64,000 bases of DNA, taken from Phoronis australis. Its lineage: Eukaryota > Animalia > Phoronida. Positions 1-13,100 of the stretch are shown one piece after another (within the stretch, counting starts at the first letter, position 1; the number at the start of each line of letters is the position of its first letter). The stretch covers positions 1,458,753-1,522,752 of the forward strand of contig NMRA01000028.1 in NCBI GenBank assembly GCA_002633005.1. The letters run 5' to 3'. The notes beneath the pieces are model-generated. The model made no database searches and had not been told where the DNA came from. It saw only the letters and a list, made by a program, of their open reading frames with translations. The position numbers and the translations under genes are program-made.

Positions 1-926
1 AACATTCGACTATATCGGTTTACAGTCTGATCAAACAGTAAGGGGAATTAGAGTCTGTTTTGTTTTGAAAGCCTGCACTGCAGTGTGTTTCTCAAATAAT
101 CGGAGAGATGCTCTTCGTCTTCGACTTGAAATCAGCAACCGTTCACTGACCTGTGCACTGACCAATGGGAAAGGGTCGTCGTGCATAACAGTTTAACTTG
201 TCGCCAGCATTTTTGTTCAGACTGCCGTGTAACTTGACTTTGTGGCAACAACGGATAATGGATTACCTTTCATTATAGCCAGCCAGATGTCTATGAACGT
301 ATGCCCGTTCTTGATAAGTGAAACAGAAATTTGCTAACTGTTGTGTTCAGTGAACATGATAACCTTGTCTCATTTCAGGCTACTTCAGCTATGGCCACTG
401 GAGAAAGTGATGGCTGCCAGGTGAACAAAGCACTGTTGCCGATCAAAGTGTTCTATTTTTTCAGTTTGGCAGGTAAGAGAATCATAAGAGATCTGGCCCA
501 TTCCGCAAGGGCAACCACTGACATTATCTCTAACACTGATCTCTGTTACTTTTGTGTGGAGCAGAGAATTTATGACATCAGCAGTGACATTAGTAACTCT
601 GATAGATAATGGGTCTTTGAGTAATTGTAACATTCAGACTCTGCTTACTCCAATTGGGCTAAAGTGTCTTTCGTACTAACGTTGACACGTCGATGTTTTG
701 GGTAGTGCGTTCAGTGTGAACGCTAAGCTTTGGTCCTGGATCGAAGTCAATAGTGACAGTTAACTTCGCAGTAAACGGGTGGATTTAAGAGCGTAGCGTC
801 AATGGTGCGATGCAGTATGAATAGTCATCTTCGGTCCTATCGGAAGTTATTGCCAGGTGCCGCTGTTATCATCAACAATTACAGGGTATTGTTGTCGCTA
901 ATAGTTGCTTATATTTTGNAAACAAG

Positions 927-960
927 ATGGCGGACGAACTTTGGAGCCTGACGAAAATAG
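927..960 (+). other. Candidate upstream exon of the MFSD6-like gene (ATG within an AAGATGGCGG YY1-like motif, donor G|gtaacc)
   Basis: ATGGCGGACGAACTTTGGAGCCTGACGAAAATAG|gtaacc, about 90-100 bp upstream of acceptors at 1051 and 1061. Confidence 0.45.
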
Positions 961-1063
961 GTAACCGGACGAAATGCCCGTTCTTGATAAGTGAAACAGA
1001 AATTTGCTAACTGTTGTGTTCAGTGAACATGATAACCTTGTCTCATTTCAGGCTACTTCAGCT

Positions 1064-1145
1064 ATGGCCACTGGAGAAAGTGATGGCTGCCAGGTGAATA
1101 AAGCACTGTTGCCGATCAAAGTGTTCTATTTTTTCAGTTTGGCAG
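1064..1145 (+). CDS. MFSD6: MFSD6-like first coding exon (MATGESDGCQVNKALLPIKVFYFFSLA); duplicate copy at 391-472
   Basis: Donor GCAG|gtaaga, phase 1, joins in frame to the acceptor at 11929; N-terminal 'NKxLLPIKxFYFF' motif typical of invertebrate MFSD6. Confidence 0.85.
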
Positions 1146-4100
1146 GTAAGAGAATCATAAGAGATCTGGCCCATTCCGCAAGGGCAACCACTGACATTAT
1201 CTCTAACACTGATCTCTGTTACTTTTGTGTGGAGCAGAAAATTTATGACATCAGCAGTGACATTAGTAACTCTGATAGATAATGGGTCTTTGAGTAATTG
1301 TAACATTCAGACTCTGCTTACTCCAATTGGGCTAAAGTGTCTTTCGTACTAACGTTGACACGTCGATGTTTTGGGTAGTGCGTTCAGTGTGAACGCTAAG
1401 CTTTGGTCCTGGATCGAAGTCAATAGTGACAGTTAACTTCGCAGTAAACGGGTGGATTTAAGAGCGTAGCGTCAATGGTGCGATGCAGTATGAATAGTCA
1501 TCTTCGGTCCTATCGGAAGTTATTGCCAGGTGCCGCTGTTATCATCAACAATTACAGGGTATTGTTGTCGCTAATAGTTGCTTATATTTTGGTCTAATAA
1601 TCACCAATCGAATTAAAAATAAGTTTCATGTCTGTCAGCTCATGTAAATGTTCCCAAATTGTCACATTTAAAAAAATCTTAACTTGCAGCGCTACCTTGT
1701 GATTACTTTGATGACAACAGTGTCACCTACCGTTTACTTCGAAGTCTGTTAGCTACTGAAGCCAGTATGAACAGTTTAGTTAACTTTGCAGTTTACGTCA
1801 ACGCTCTGCTCAGACCGGATTTAAGTCAGCATGAGAAGGCCTTAACATTCTTTGGTGACTGCAAGCATCATAATGTCAATCTGAAGGTTCACAACAATCA
1901 TAAAATTTAGTCCATTTTCTGAACCCTTAATCCTCCACAGTAAATTAGCTACTGCAGTAAACTTATAGATCTGTTCTCTTTCCTTTGCATTTACTAATTT
2001 AGAACACAGAATGAGTCTTGTCAGTCAAAAGATATCACTAAAATATATACATTTTATAATTTTCAGCCCTGTTTGTGTTGTTTTATTTTACTGTTGATTT
2101 TAAATTTTCTTTAAAGAAATGGGCGGGATTTCTGAGGAAACCTCGTTACATATGGTTGCAGTCGTGTGAGCACCCATAATGCATTAGTCAGCTGTCACTC
2201 ACTATGGCGGCCATTTTAGGTGGTGGTTCACCACCAAAAATAAAAATTAAAGCTAAAAAACTCATATTAAATTCTTTTATGTTTGAAAATATTTGGAATT
2301 GTATTGAATTACCATTATTTGGGCGAAGTTTCGACTGAACTAACTTGAATAAAACTCCTCTTTCTGAAGTTTTGACGTCAAATAAATGGAAAGAGTATCT
2401 TTAATTGTAGGTAAACTTGGTTGTATAGCTTATTTAGACAGTTTTTTTTCAGTGGAAATCTTAACAGCAGGGCTTCACGCTTAACAAAATGTCAACTCGC
2501 TAAATGCATCCTGGCAAAATTCCCAAGCCATGAAACAGGAACAGAGGTCACCAAAACAAAGAAACCTTATACAGGAGTTGCAAAAGTCTTGGCCTATACA
2601 AACGGGGTATATTTGGCAAGAGCAAAAATGAAATAAACGAGATACCTGACGTGAAAAACCAACAAACTGTGCACCCGAGATGAACCAGAACAGAAAATTA
2701 GGGGTGTCACGCACACTTGTTAATTACCAATTTCTGCCTCTTGGACCCAATATCCTATGCAATCTCCCCTCCTGATGCAGAAGCAGACGGTCCATTGGCC
2801 AAAACCATCACCAACTAAGGCCTCCCTTGAAATGTTGTTTGTTTGGCCTTGCCCTACATAACTGCCCTGAGGAGCGGAGGTTAACAGAAAAGACATTCTA
2901 TTTTTGTCCCTTTTCATATTTAGGAGCACTGAGTTTTGTTGTTGTTACAATCGAAAAAAATCTTTTTTCAGATAAAATATTTTGAGTCGCACAAATATTT
3001 TACAATTAATCACATGAAGGGAAACAAAACTACTTTCATTAATTATGTACAAGTGTCTAGGTCGTAGGCTGGGTAGTCTATATTAAAAGCTAACTGAACA
3101 GCTATAAACATGTCACAGTCACATGTGTTCCATTCTTCTGAAATTCATTATCATCATTTTAGGACTACCCTAAAAGTGTCCCAATTTGACAGTTAAAAAT
3201 GTATTATTTTGCTCTCAAGGGGCATTCTAAATTCAAGATCAATGAAAGACTGCAAATTTACCGGTGTCCAAAATATGGGTATGCATTTTAGAGCTTGTTG
3301 ATGCAAATTGCAAACCCTAGTGTCCTCTATTTGAGAAATATGATGAACAATGGTCATCAACTGTTTCAAAGTGGAAAATGTTTACCACAGTTTGTATTTG
3401 TTGCATGCGCTCAGTTGAGGTACGTTTTTCAATTTTCATTTTGTTCCTTTTACATTTCGTCATATAACTTCTGTTTCTGTCAATTTTCAATTTATAAGTT
3501 AGAATTTATATTTTTTGACTTTTACAATTACTGAAAGTTCTTAATAATCATTTATAATTATCCTGCCACATTCTTTTGTCAAAATAGTCATTTTTTCTTT
3601 GAAAATAAATCTCTAAAAAATTATACTCATTATCTTACTGTTAGTACTCAGGGAACCCTGAAAATTTTCATATACCCTCAAACAACAGAGTCAGAGCATC
3701 AAAGTCCCTTTCTACGACATTCCAAATTTTCATTTTTGTTGACCGATATCTATATTTGTTCAAGGAAAAGCCAAAAATTTCTGGCAGTTGCCCTTGACCA
3801 TTAATAAATAAATGTGCAAAATTTTATGCGAATCGACCCACACACAAAAGTGAAACTGATATTCAAACTGCTGACAGTGTTCAGTGAAAATCGAAAGACC
3901 TGAGAATGGCTGATAAATACTTGCCAGATATTGATATCAATTTAAGTCGTACAAAACAAGTTCAAGATTGGACGCTTCAATAACAGGTTGTGTCATATGT
4001 GTGTGTGTGTGTGTGCGCGTAGCACACTTTTGTCAAGTCGTGTTTTGTTCAAGACCTTGACTGAAACTGATGCAAATGTGTTTTTCTCTTTTAAAAGGAT

Positions 4101-7100
4101 ATCAAACCCTGTTTTGATGATTTCCACCAACCCTCGTTCTGTCACCTGCTAACGCATATTTGGTGCCAATTTTCCAAGTTAAAGCCAGGAATCAATTAAA
4201 AACTAGCACTCCCTGTCATAGATTAGACATTATGGTCTTCAGTGGGTGATCTCACTGGTCTATTCCCACAGTTGCTGTGTAATCTGCTAAAAATGTAGGT
4301 CGCGTTTACTCGTTTAGCAGACTTCGAAAGAAGTTTTCCTCCTATCTTTTGAGGGTTGTCGAGGTTTACAGAGCATACCTGGGTAATTTTGTTTCAGAGA
4401 AGTGGATGGGAAAATCATTCTTAGTATAGATCTGTTAAGAGGCCGAAACCGGGTTTGGTATCCTTGTTTGTAGTGAGGCGCAGCTTTTAAAATGAATTTG
4501 ATATTAGAAAGGAACCAACTATGCTCGCTTGCCCTACTAGTAATCTTAAAACTTCTGAGGAATCATCAGATAGTAAGGTGTTGTAAATTTAGTTCCTGCA
4601 ATATAGGTATCACTCTGACTACAATGAAGTCATAAATTACTACATCCATCATGCCTGATTCTAATCAAGTCAAACAAAACACTCATTGGTGTCCTACTCA
4701 ATCTCTGCTCTTGATGCCTGAGTCAGGTTACACACTTCCACTGTGGGCACCAGCAAATGGTCTAAACAACCCAACCACCCTTTGTCTGCTTGTGTTAGAG
4801 TGTTTAAATCATGTTTTCTCTTGTGGCTAAGGCATTGAACTGTGAATACACCCAGAATAATGGAAATCTGTAGGTGGAAGACCTAAATGACATGTTATAT
4901 ATAGTAATGGTAGTGATGACACTTCTTTACTGAAGACTAAGCTATTGCATAATTTCCTTCAGGGGGGGGGGGCTAGCAACCCCATAATCCAGTGATAATG
5001 GAAAAATCTAGAAACTTCATTGCTAATTAGAGAGTCTCTGTACATTTCTGAGTTTCAATAATTCAACTGCCCAACTTGAACTACCAAGTCGAAACAAAAG
5101 GTTAAATATAACATTTTTATAAGATTTCAGAGTCAGAACATAACATTTTTGTTTTGTTTTGTTTTGTTTTTCACTCCAGTATTGGTGACAACAGAAAATC
5201 TAACCAAACAAGTACTTACTTTGGAAAAAAATTGAGGAATTTTGAATTGTAAAGAAAAATTATGATTTTTTAGGTTTCCCGCCACATGATGTCATCAGTG
5301 GAAGGCATTGACATGGGCGGCGCACGATAGGGGGCTGGGGGGCTATAGCCCCCACTTTTTTCAGTGCTGTAAAGCCCGTGGTGCACCACAGGGGGCTAGG
5401 AGGCTATAGCCCCTCCATTTTTTTCAGTGCTGCGCCGCCCATGATTGATCAGTTGACAATATACTGGTATGAGCAGTGGCGCGGATAGTAGTGATTTTGT
5501 AAGTTTTGAAAAGTTAGAGAGCGAGCTTGACAAGCATTATGAAGACAGGTATGGAGATGTGAGTGAAGACGACACTCAAGCCATAGGTGAAACAGGTAAT
5601 GAGTTGGACTTCGTCATATCAGCAGACTTTGCTTGTTTGAGGCCGTATGAACTCGAGCCTCCCGCACCGGTATCTTTGACGAATGAAGTCAGATTAGAGC
5701 CACTGAGTCTGCAAACAGTCTGATTTCAGACTGGTAATTAAAGCCATATTTATTGAATCACAGTATCACTTGTCAAGTAACTTGCGTCTTGAACTGTAAT
5801 TTATCTAAACACAGTTTTTAACCTGACTGCCAATTGAAGTCCAGTGAGTTACGAATAGCCAACACTGATTTCATTTCTTCGAATGGTAAATGGCTTTTAT
5901 TTCTGGTAAATGATATTCATTTCTTTGTTGTCTGTTCTGAAATTATGAAATCTATTTACCATACATACATTAGGTCACGTGATGTGGTCAAAAAGATGGC
6001 GGATTGAACGGGATAAACGACTTGCAACATATTCCACGCCTCACTGAAATAGATGATATTTACATAGTATTTACCATTGTTATTCGTGGATTATTTCGGT
6101 CCATTGTCTGATTCCAGTCTCTGTGCCAGAACTCGAACTATTTGCGTGGCATCTACATCCTATTTTTGTATGTGGATACCGTGCCTTCTGGCAAAATTTT
6201 GAACAACAACAGACTGTTTGAAACTTAATGCAATCACATTCATTATCACAGTCACCATTTGATGGTGAGGCTCATACTCAACTTACCGTAAACTTGCAGG
6301 TTAACACCCATGCCCGGGTAATCGCCAACCCCGGACTTTTTGCCAATTTTTCGGTATAAGCACCCACTTCTTGGGTAATCGCCCACCCCCCATCTCAGGG
6401 TTTCCCAATTTAAGCGCTGAGGGTGTTAACCCATGAGTTTTCGGTATGTGCCTGACAACTGCATTCCCAGCAACGGTACAACACAATAAATTTTTTCCAT
6501 CAAATGCTCTTATACTTTGAAGAAACCTTCATCAAGACAACGATTCTACAATGGATCAAAGCACAATCATTCTACAAAATTGGCTGCACACAGCATAGCC
6601 CCTGAACTGACCGCTTGCTCCACCGTGTTCTGCAATTCCTATGTCTGACGCACGAACCTGTGCCATTTTTTTGGAGCTTTTGGAAATGCAAAAACTGAAA
6701 TATTGTCTGTCCGAGTGCTATTACTGCTTTATCCGCACATGCAACTTTTCGTAATACTCAGTTGAACTCGGTTTTTGAGATCAATATGGCTCGATTACGT
6801 CTGGTGTAGAAGAACACAATGCCAGAAACCAGATCCACTGATAACGTCAAACAATTTTTTTTTAATTTTTGCATTTATAAATTTTTGCATTTATTTCTTG
6901 ATTAAAAGTACACATATTGAAGAAGAAATACTTAAAATGTCATACCATAATTGTTCTTAACTGAATTCAAGCATTTATGGTCATGATGTGAAGGGTTTAA
7001 TGTAGTAAGGGATCAGTTTTTATGCACCCACATATATGTGGGTGTGTATGTGGGTGCCTATTGTCATCATCTCTATCTGGGCGTCCACCATCTGCAGCTG

Positions 7101-10100
7101 TTTCTGCTAAACTCCTTGCAGGATCTTACTGAAATTTGCAGGTATGTTTCTATGCAGTTGACGACAGGTGATAACGAGTTTCGGACCAATCCTAGTACCT
7201 CTGTGTCCCCTAGTGGGAGTTTTAGTTTTTTACGTTTGCCTATCTTTGGAGTTCCTTGAAGAAATTTACAGACATGTTCCTGATTACAAGGCCACGATTG
7301 ACATTAACTAAATGCAAGTAGTTGTGTATTACAGAGACGATGCCACCTTTTCAATCCGGACGAGTTTGACACATTCTGCACCATCTAATGGCCATTTTTG
7401 TGATACTAAGAACACCATAGAAGCATACCGTTTGCAGTGCAGTCAAATTAGAAAGTGTCTTAGGTAAAAGAAGAACTACTAGACAGTGAAAATGAATTGT
7501 TAGAAAAATATAAAATTAGTTAGTTGACAAAATGTACTAATGCACTAATATTTTAGAGAACATATTGGTACTGTTGCTTGTAACCGGCCACTGATGACTT
7601 AGTTGAAAGTCAAAAACCTGTGTGTCATTGTTAAAAACCTATCAAGTTGGGGAATTTAAGAAAAGTAAAGCATCTTAAGACGAACAAATATTAATAACCT
7701 TTTCTGAACAATGAAATGTCAATCGTACTGTTTCTACCCAGTCACTGTGTTCTAACGCAGATAGCTTTTGGGATTTGCGATTGATTTTTTACTGAAGGAG
7801 ATTAAATCACTTTTGTGTGTTGTGGTTTTGTACTTTTTGCTCTATTATTGAAATCTTGGTGGGGCATTAATGTTGTCTCGTTTAGTTAAATGTCAGTCTT
7901 AATTAAACTCAGTTGCACGGTTTGATAATAAGTCATTGGCATTTCAGAGGGTTTTGTGTCGATAGAGAAATGAGTTGAGCTATGATATGCGCAGTTTTTG
8001 CTAATTGTTAAAGTCATTTCAACTATGTTAGTATTAACTCGTGGGTTATCGCCCTGGGAGCTTAAATTGGGCAACCCTGAGACGGGTCAATCCAGGAGGA
8101 AAATCTAGCAAAATCTCGTGATTTGTATGACAATACACGGCAATATCTCAGAAGTTTTACCTGTTCTCGCCAAACACTCAAAAAACTTGGTCTACTGAAC
8201 TTGAATAAGCATCGGATATGAAAAAATTCAGACAGTCAAGGTAATTCAAAAACTAGAAAAACCTACATCGGTAACGACCAGGACGTTGTAGGCTTAATTT
8301 TAAGCACACATTGAATACAGCATGCAGATATTTTGAGTGTAGTAAATAGCAATTAGCATATGAGTTCCATTCACACTGAAGCACAGCCCACTAAAAACAC
8401 CCATACCGATTTATTAGCACAAACACTTTGTGTATTCACTGGTTATTTCTTGATCAATGCTTCCCTCTCCAACATGTCTATACACTATTGTTTGAAGTTG
8501 AACATTAATACGATAGTGATACATCGCCACAGAACAGGTCTAATATTTGCGAGGTGTACTCGTGAAACTTGTACGCGCGAATAATGTCACAATCTGATCG
8601 AGATTATTATTTCTCACCGCGGGTTTACCGACGTTACAAAAAATGCAAGGGTAGGGCGGATAAAAAACGAAATAACTGCTCTGCGGTCGCCACCAAGTTA
8701 GCATGGTAAGAAGGCATTCCTGAGTGCCCCAATGGGTCTTTGCTTGTACGGATTTTTGACATTTTTACTTGGCGAAATAAATTTCGCTAAGTATGTTGCT
8801 CTGTCACTAAGTTTTTTTTGTTTGTTCGCACGATACAGGTCGCAATTTTCGTCCGATCATCGCGAAATTTACACATTGTTTTGGAAGTACTGGAAGCCTA
8901 TTGTTTTTCGTCATAATCGGATCCAAGATGGCGGCTGTGGCGGCCATTTTGTTTTCATTTTAAGATTCAAAGGCATCTGGAGGCTAAAATTTTTTACGTA
9001 CAAGGCTAAGAATCAGCACAGTAAATGAACCGGAAGTGTGCTACAAGTATACCAGAAATTGTTAACTTCCGGTTAAAGATGGCGGAAATATAGGCGATCG
9101 CGCATGCGCACCTCGATTTTGGCCTAAAATCGTTTTCTCCTGTTGAGGGCGCATTATAAGGCCAATTCCTTCGATTTTTTTCAGATATTAGTTTTTTATG
9201 ATATGCTATTATATAAAGCCAAAAAAACGGAAGTTGCTTTCAAGATGGCGGATCTGGTGCATGTTGACCCATTTTCAGTCGTGCGATTTTAAACGGGAAG
9301 AGAAAAAGACGTGAGTTTTTGCATGTGGATTCTTTGCGATATACTCTTTCAGATGACCTGTAACAATTTTTTTCTCAGACTCGCCGTTTTAGAGTTATTT
9401 GACTTTGAAATTCATAAAAAAACGCAAAATTTCATTTTTTTCAAAAAATTTACGGAATGAGGCGATACCATCAGTTTAGATAGAGCTTTGAACGGGCTTT
9501 CAGAAGATGTTTTCTATTTTTCATTGGGATGTCTACTTTTCGAGTTATTTGAGATTTTCTGATAACGCTGTTCCTTTGTTGAGCGCTCTTGCTGCATTGA
9601 TGTTGGTTTAGCTTCTATTGAACTAGACTGTAGGCTATTTCTTATTGATTTATGACATCTAAGTTCGTCATATGAATGTTACGATGTTGTTCATCATCTC
9701 CACCACCATCATCATATTTATCATCGTCATCATCTCCAACGTCGCCTTTTCTTCACTTAATTTCGCCAAGTGTCGCTCAAGACTGTAGCCTATTTCTTAG
9801 TGATTTCTGACCTCTGCGTTCGTCATATGAATGATATCATAACTTGTATTGTCCATCATCGCCACCATCGTCGTCATAGCTGTCATCTTCGTCATCATCT
9901 CTGTCGTCGTCTTTTCTCGTCATCTCTAACGTGGTTTTTTTGGTTAATTTCGCCAAGTTTCGCTCCTCGGAGCGCTTTCATTTTTTCTTTCACCAACGGC
10001 CGGAATACCGATGCAGCTGTAAGAGGGAATAGTTTTTTCCAAAATCACGTTGGATCACGTGACCTTAGACTATCGTGGTTCCAGGAATGGGAGTACATTC

Positions 10101-13100
10101 ATTTGGTTGGCTATGAACATCAATTTATGCACCCAAAAGACCTCTGTGCTTGGGTTTTGGGCGATTACCCTAGAGGTGGGCGCTTAAATGAAAATTTGAA
10201 TAAAGTAGGGGATGGGCAATTACCCAAGCAATCAACGCTTAAACCGAAATTTGACAAAAATTCGGAGATGGATGATTACCCGGGCATGGGTGTTAACTTG
10301 CGAGTTTACAGTGATAACCACTCGGTACTGTTTGACAGATGTATAGTATACAGGATTTACAATGTGCTGTTATTTGAAATAATTAGCAGACTTCTGTTTC
10401 TCTCAGTAGCTTGCTTCACTTTTCGTGAGGCAGATAATAAATGCTAAAAATATCTAGTCTGGGATTGTATCTAAAATTTGGGACCCTGAAAGCCAAAATT
10501 AAATTTTCTAGATTCTGAAGATTGGGACATGGTTAATTTTAACGTTCATCGTACTAGACAGTGCATCTTACGTCAACATTAAGTATGGGATAAAACGATT
10601 GAAAATAGCTCACAATGCATAATTTGTCTTTCTGGTAGTCCTTGAATTTGGGACAACCAGTATTGCCTATTTTCTAAAATTTGGTGCAAGCAATGACGTT
10701 GAGCAAAAAAGAATTTGTTTTCCACTGTCCCAAATGGGAGAGTTTTTACCGTATTTGTTGCCAGTGATAGTAAGCCTTACCCGTTTGGTGACAGAGCAAT
10801 AGCAGACATGATCTCTGTCCTTTTTACTTGGAGGATCATCAAATACGGTTGAGTAAGCGTTTGTTGAAATTGTAAATTGAAAACACCGAAGTGTGTTTAA
10901 CCAGTTGTGTGTGCTAGAGAGCTTACTGCCAAGTTTGAGCAAGTGTCCGTTAACATTGTAAACAGAAAACGCCGAGGTGTGTTTAACCAGTTGTGCGTTC
11001 TAGAGAGCCTGCTGACAAGTTTGAGCAAGTGTTCATTACATTATGAACTGAACACAATGAGGTGTGTTTAACCATATTGTGTGTACTAGAGAGCCTGCTG
11101 CCAAGTTTGAGCAAGTGTCTGTTAACATTGTAAACAGAAAACACCGAGGTGTGTTTCACCAGTTGTGTGTGCTAGAAAGCGTACTGCCAAATTTGGGCAA
11201 GTGTCTCTTAACATTGTAAATGCAACACACAGGTTTTTTAACCATATTGTGTGTGCTTGAGAGCCTGCTGTCAAATTATTCCAAAATGGTTGTTGATCTA
11301 CAATATTCGATTTTCACTTATGTTAGTAGATTATTTCCATAAATATGCTGGACTCTTAGCAATAGGTCTGTCGGGCTGTTCAATGGTGGGCCCAATTGGT
11401 CAAAGATGCTGTCATTTATGACATTGTGCCAAGAAATGCATACATGACTTTATGAGGTCCGATCCTTAAAATTTATTTTTAGTGATATAACTATGACTAA
11501 GACTCTTCTTGAAACAAGCTGCTGATAACTACAGCACTATGATATGTCACATTTGGTTACTAAATCACTATTTGCGTATAGGACAAAAAGTTGTTATACA
11601 CTGAAATTCGAAAATCTTCTGAATGACTACAGAAGATTTCACAGTTAGTAATAGATAATTTGACCGACCAGAATTTTTTTATAAAATGACACTGATGAGG
11701 TAGCTGACAAATAGGGCCATATGTTGGTCACTACTAATGTATACCAGAGGTAGCTGACAAATAGGGCCACATGTTGGTCACTACTAATGTATACCAGAGG
11801 TAGCTGACAAATAGGGCCACATGTTGGTCACTACTAATGTATACCAGAGGTAGCTGACAAGTAGGGCCATATGTTGGTCACTACTAATGTATACCAGCCC
11901 GTCTTATTCCATGTATATTTTCTTTTCAGCCGTTTCCGCACTGCCACCCTACTTGTCCTACTACATGTTTGCCATCGGTCTGTCCAAAGGTGAGATTGCC
12001 ATCATCTACGGACTACTGCCTTTTGTTGCTTTCTTTGTCCGCCCAATCTTCGGTTTGTTGGCCGACCACTACCATAAACACAAGTTGATTCTCCTGCTCA
12101 GCTGCGTTCTGATGGGACTCTCTCATATGTTATTCCTCTTGGCTCCGTTGATTGATGGCCATCCCTCCGTTCTCATGAATTGCCGTGGCGAACAAGTCGA
12201 AATTCACAACGACAGCCTGCCAATGATGAACAGCCTGCTAGAGGATCTACGAGCTAATAATGGAAGGCAGTGCCAACTGGACTGTAAATTCTCTAAGTCG
12301 GTACAGTTTTGTACTATAGATTCCTCCGCAACAGTAGTGTGTCAGCCAAACATCAGCACCGGAAGTTTTACTTACAATTTGTCTGCCGTGGCCAACTTGG
12401 GGCATAAGGAGAAGAACACCGGTATAGAAAGTGTCGGAGATAATCAGGGCTTTGACAACCACTCGACCAGCTTGATGAATATGAATTATAACTTTACCAA
12501 TGCTACCTACATTCATACTGTACAATATCCGCGGCACTTACCAGCCCCAATTATTCATAACAACACTAACTATGTCTTGCTAACCTGCGATATGTCCGAA
12601 TCTCCAATAGAATGTCAGGTAAAATGTCTTGAAGAAAACAGATATGGACATCAGTTCTGGTTCATGCTTGTCATTAGTTTTGTGACTCAAATGTTCATCA
12701 ATCCAGTACTAAGTATGAGCGATGGCATTGCCTATGCCATTCTGGGCAATGAGCATGAGAAGTGGGGCAACCAGCGACTATGGGGCACTGTAGGTCAGAT
12801 TATCGCTGCCATCTCTGCAGGGCTCCTAATGGATTCGTACGGCATTGGGAGCGTGACCTCGGTCAACTTTGACCTCATCTTCTACTTATTCGCTGGCCTG
12901 TCTGTCATGACAACAGTCTCCGCCTACTTCCTCCAGATCCCTAAGGACATGCATTGTCATCAGGTGATGAAGAGCATGGGTGAGCTGCTAAAGATGGCTG
13001 ATGTACTGGTGCTGCTCTCTTTAAGCTTCTTCATGGGCTCTTTCTTGGGTATCAACATGGTCTACGTCTTCATTTTTATGGAGGTAATCAGTCCATGATT

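Larger units (their letters stand above)
301..1591. repeat. Direct duplication (301-918 vs 974-1591, offset 673) flanking a single N at 919; probable uncollapsed haplotype overlap
   Basis: Copies are identical except two visible substitutions (AAC/AAT, AGA/AAA); copy 1 ends exactly at the N; duplicate ORFs 331-609 and 1004-1282. Confidence 0.9.
6286..10311. mobile_element. pogo/Tigger-like non-autonomous TIR element carrying nested insertions
   Basis: TA|CCGTAAACTTGCAGGTTAACACCCATGCCCGGGTAATC matches the reverse complement of GATTACCCGGGCATGGGTGTTAACTTGCGAGTTTACAG at 10274-10311; sub-terminal repeats also mirrored. Confidence 0.75.

Noticed and set aside
331-609. 92-aa ORFs (and antisense 82-aa ORFs) as standalone duplicated genes
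   Set aside because: Only 82 nt are exon; the rest is intron read-through, and the duplication abuts an N.
9770-10447. 225-aa His-rich ORF
   Set aside because: Runs across a (CAT)n tract, a Helentron end and a pogo-like TIR; no coherent protein.
10868-11897. Tandem repeats as a CRISPR-like array
   Set aside because: Head-to-tail units without unique spacers, eukaryotic intron context, no cas genes.
12170-12650. Cys- and N-glycosylation-rich insertion in the MFS protein as a novel domain
   Set aside because: A long variable loop between the early TM helices is typical of MFSD6-family proteins.
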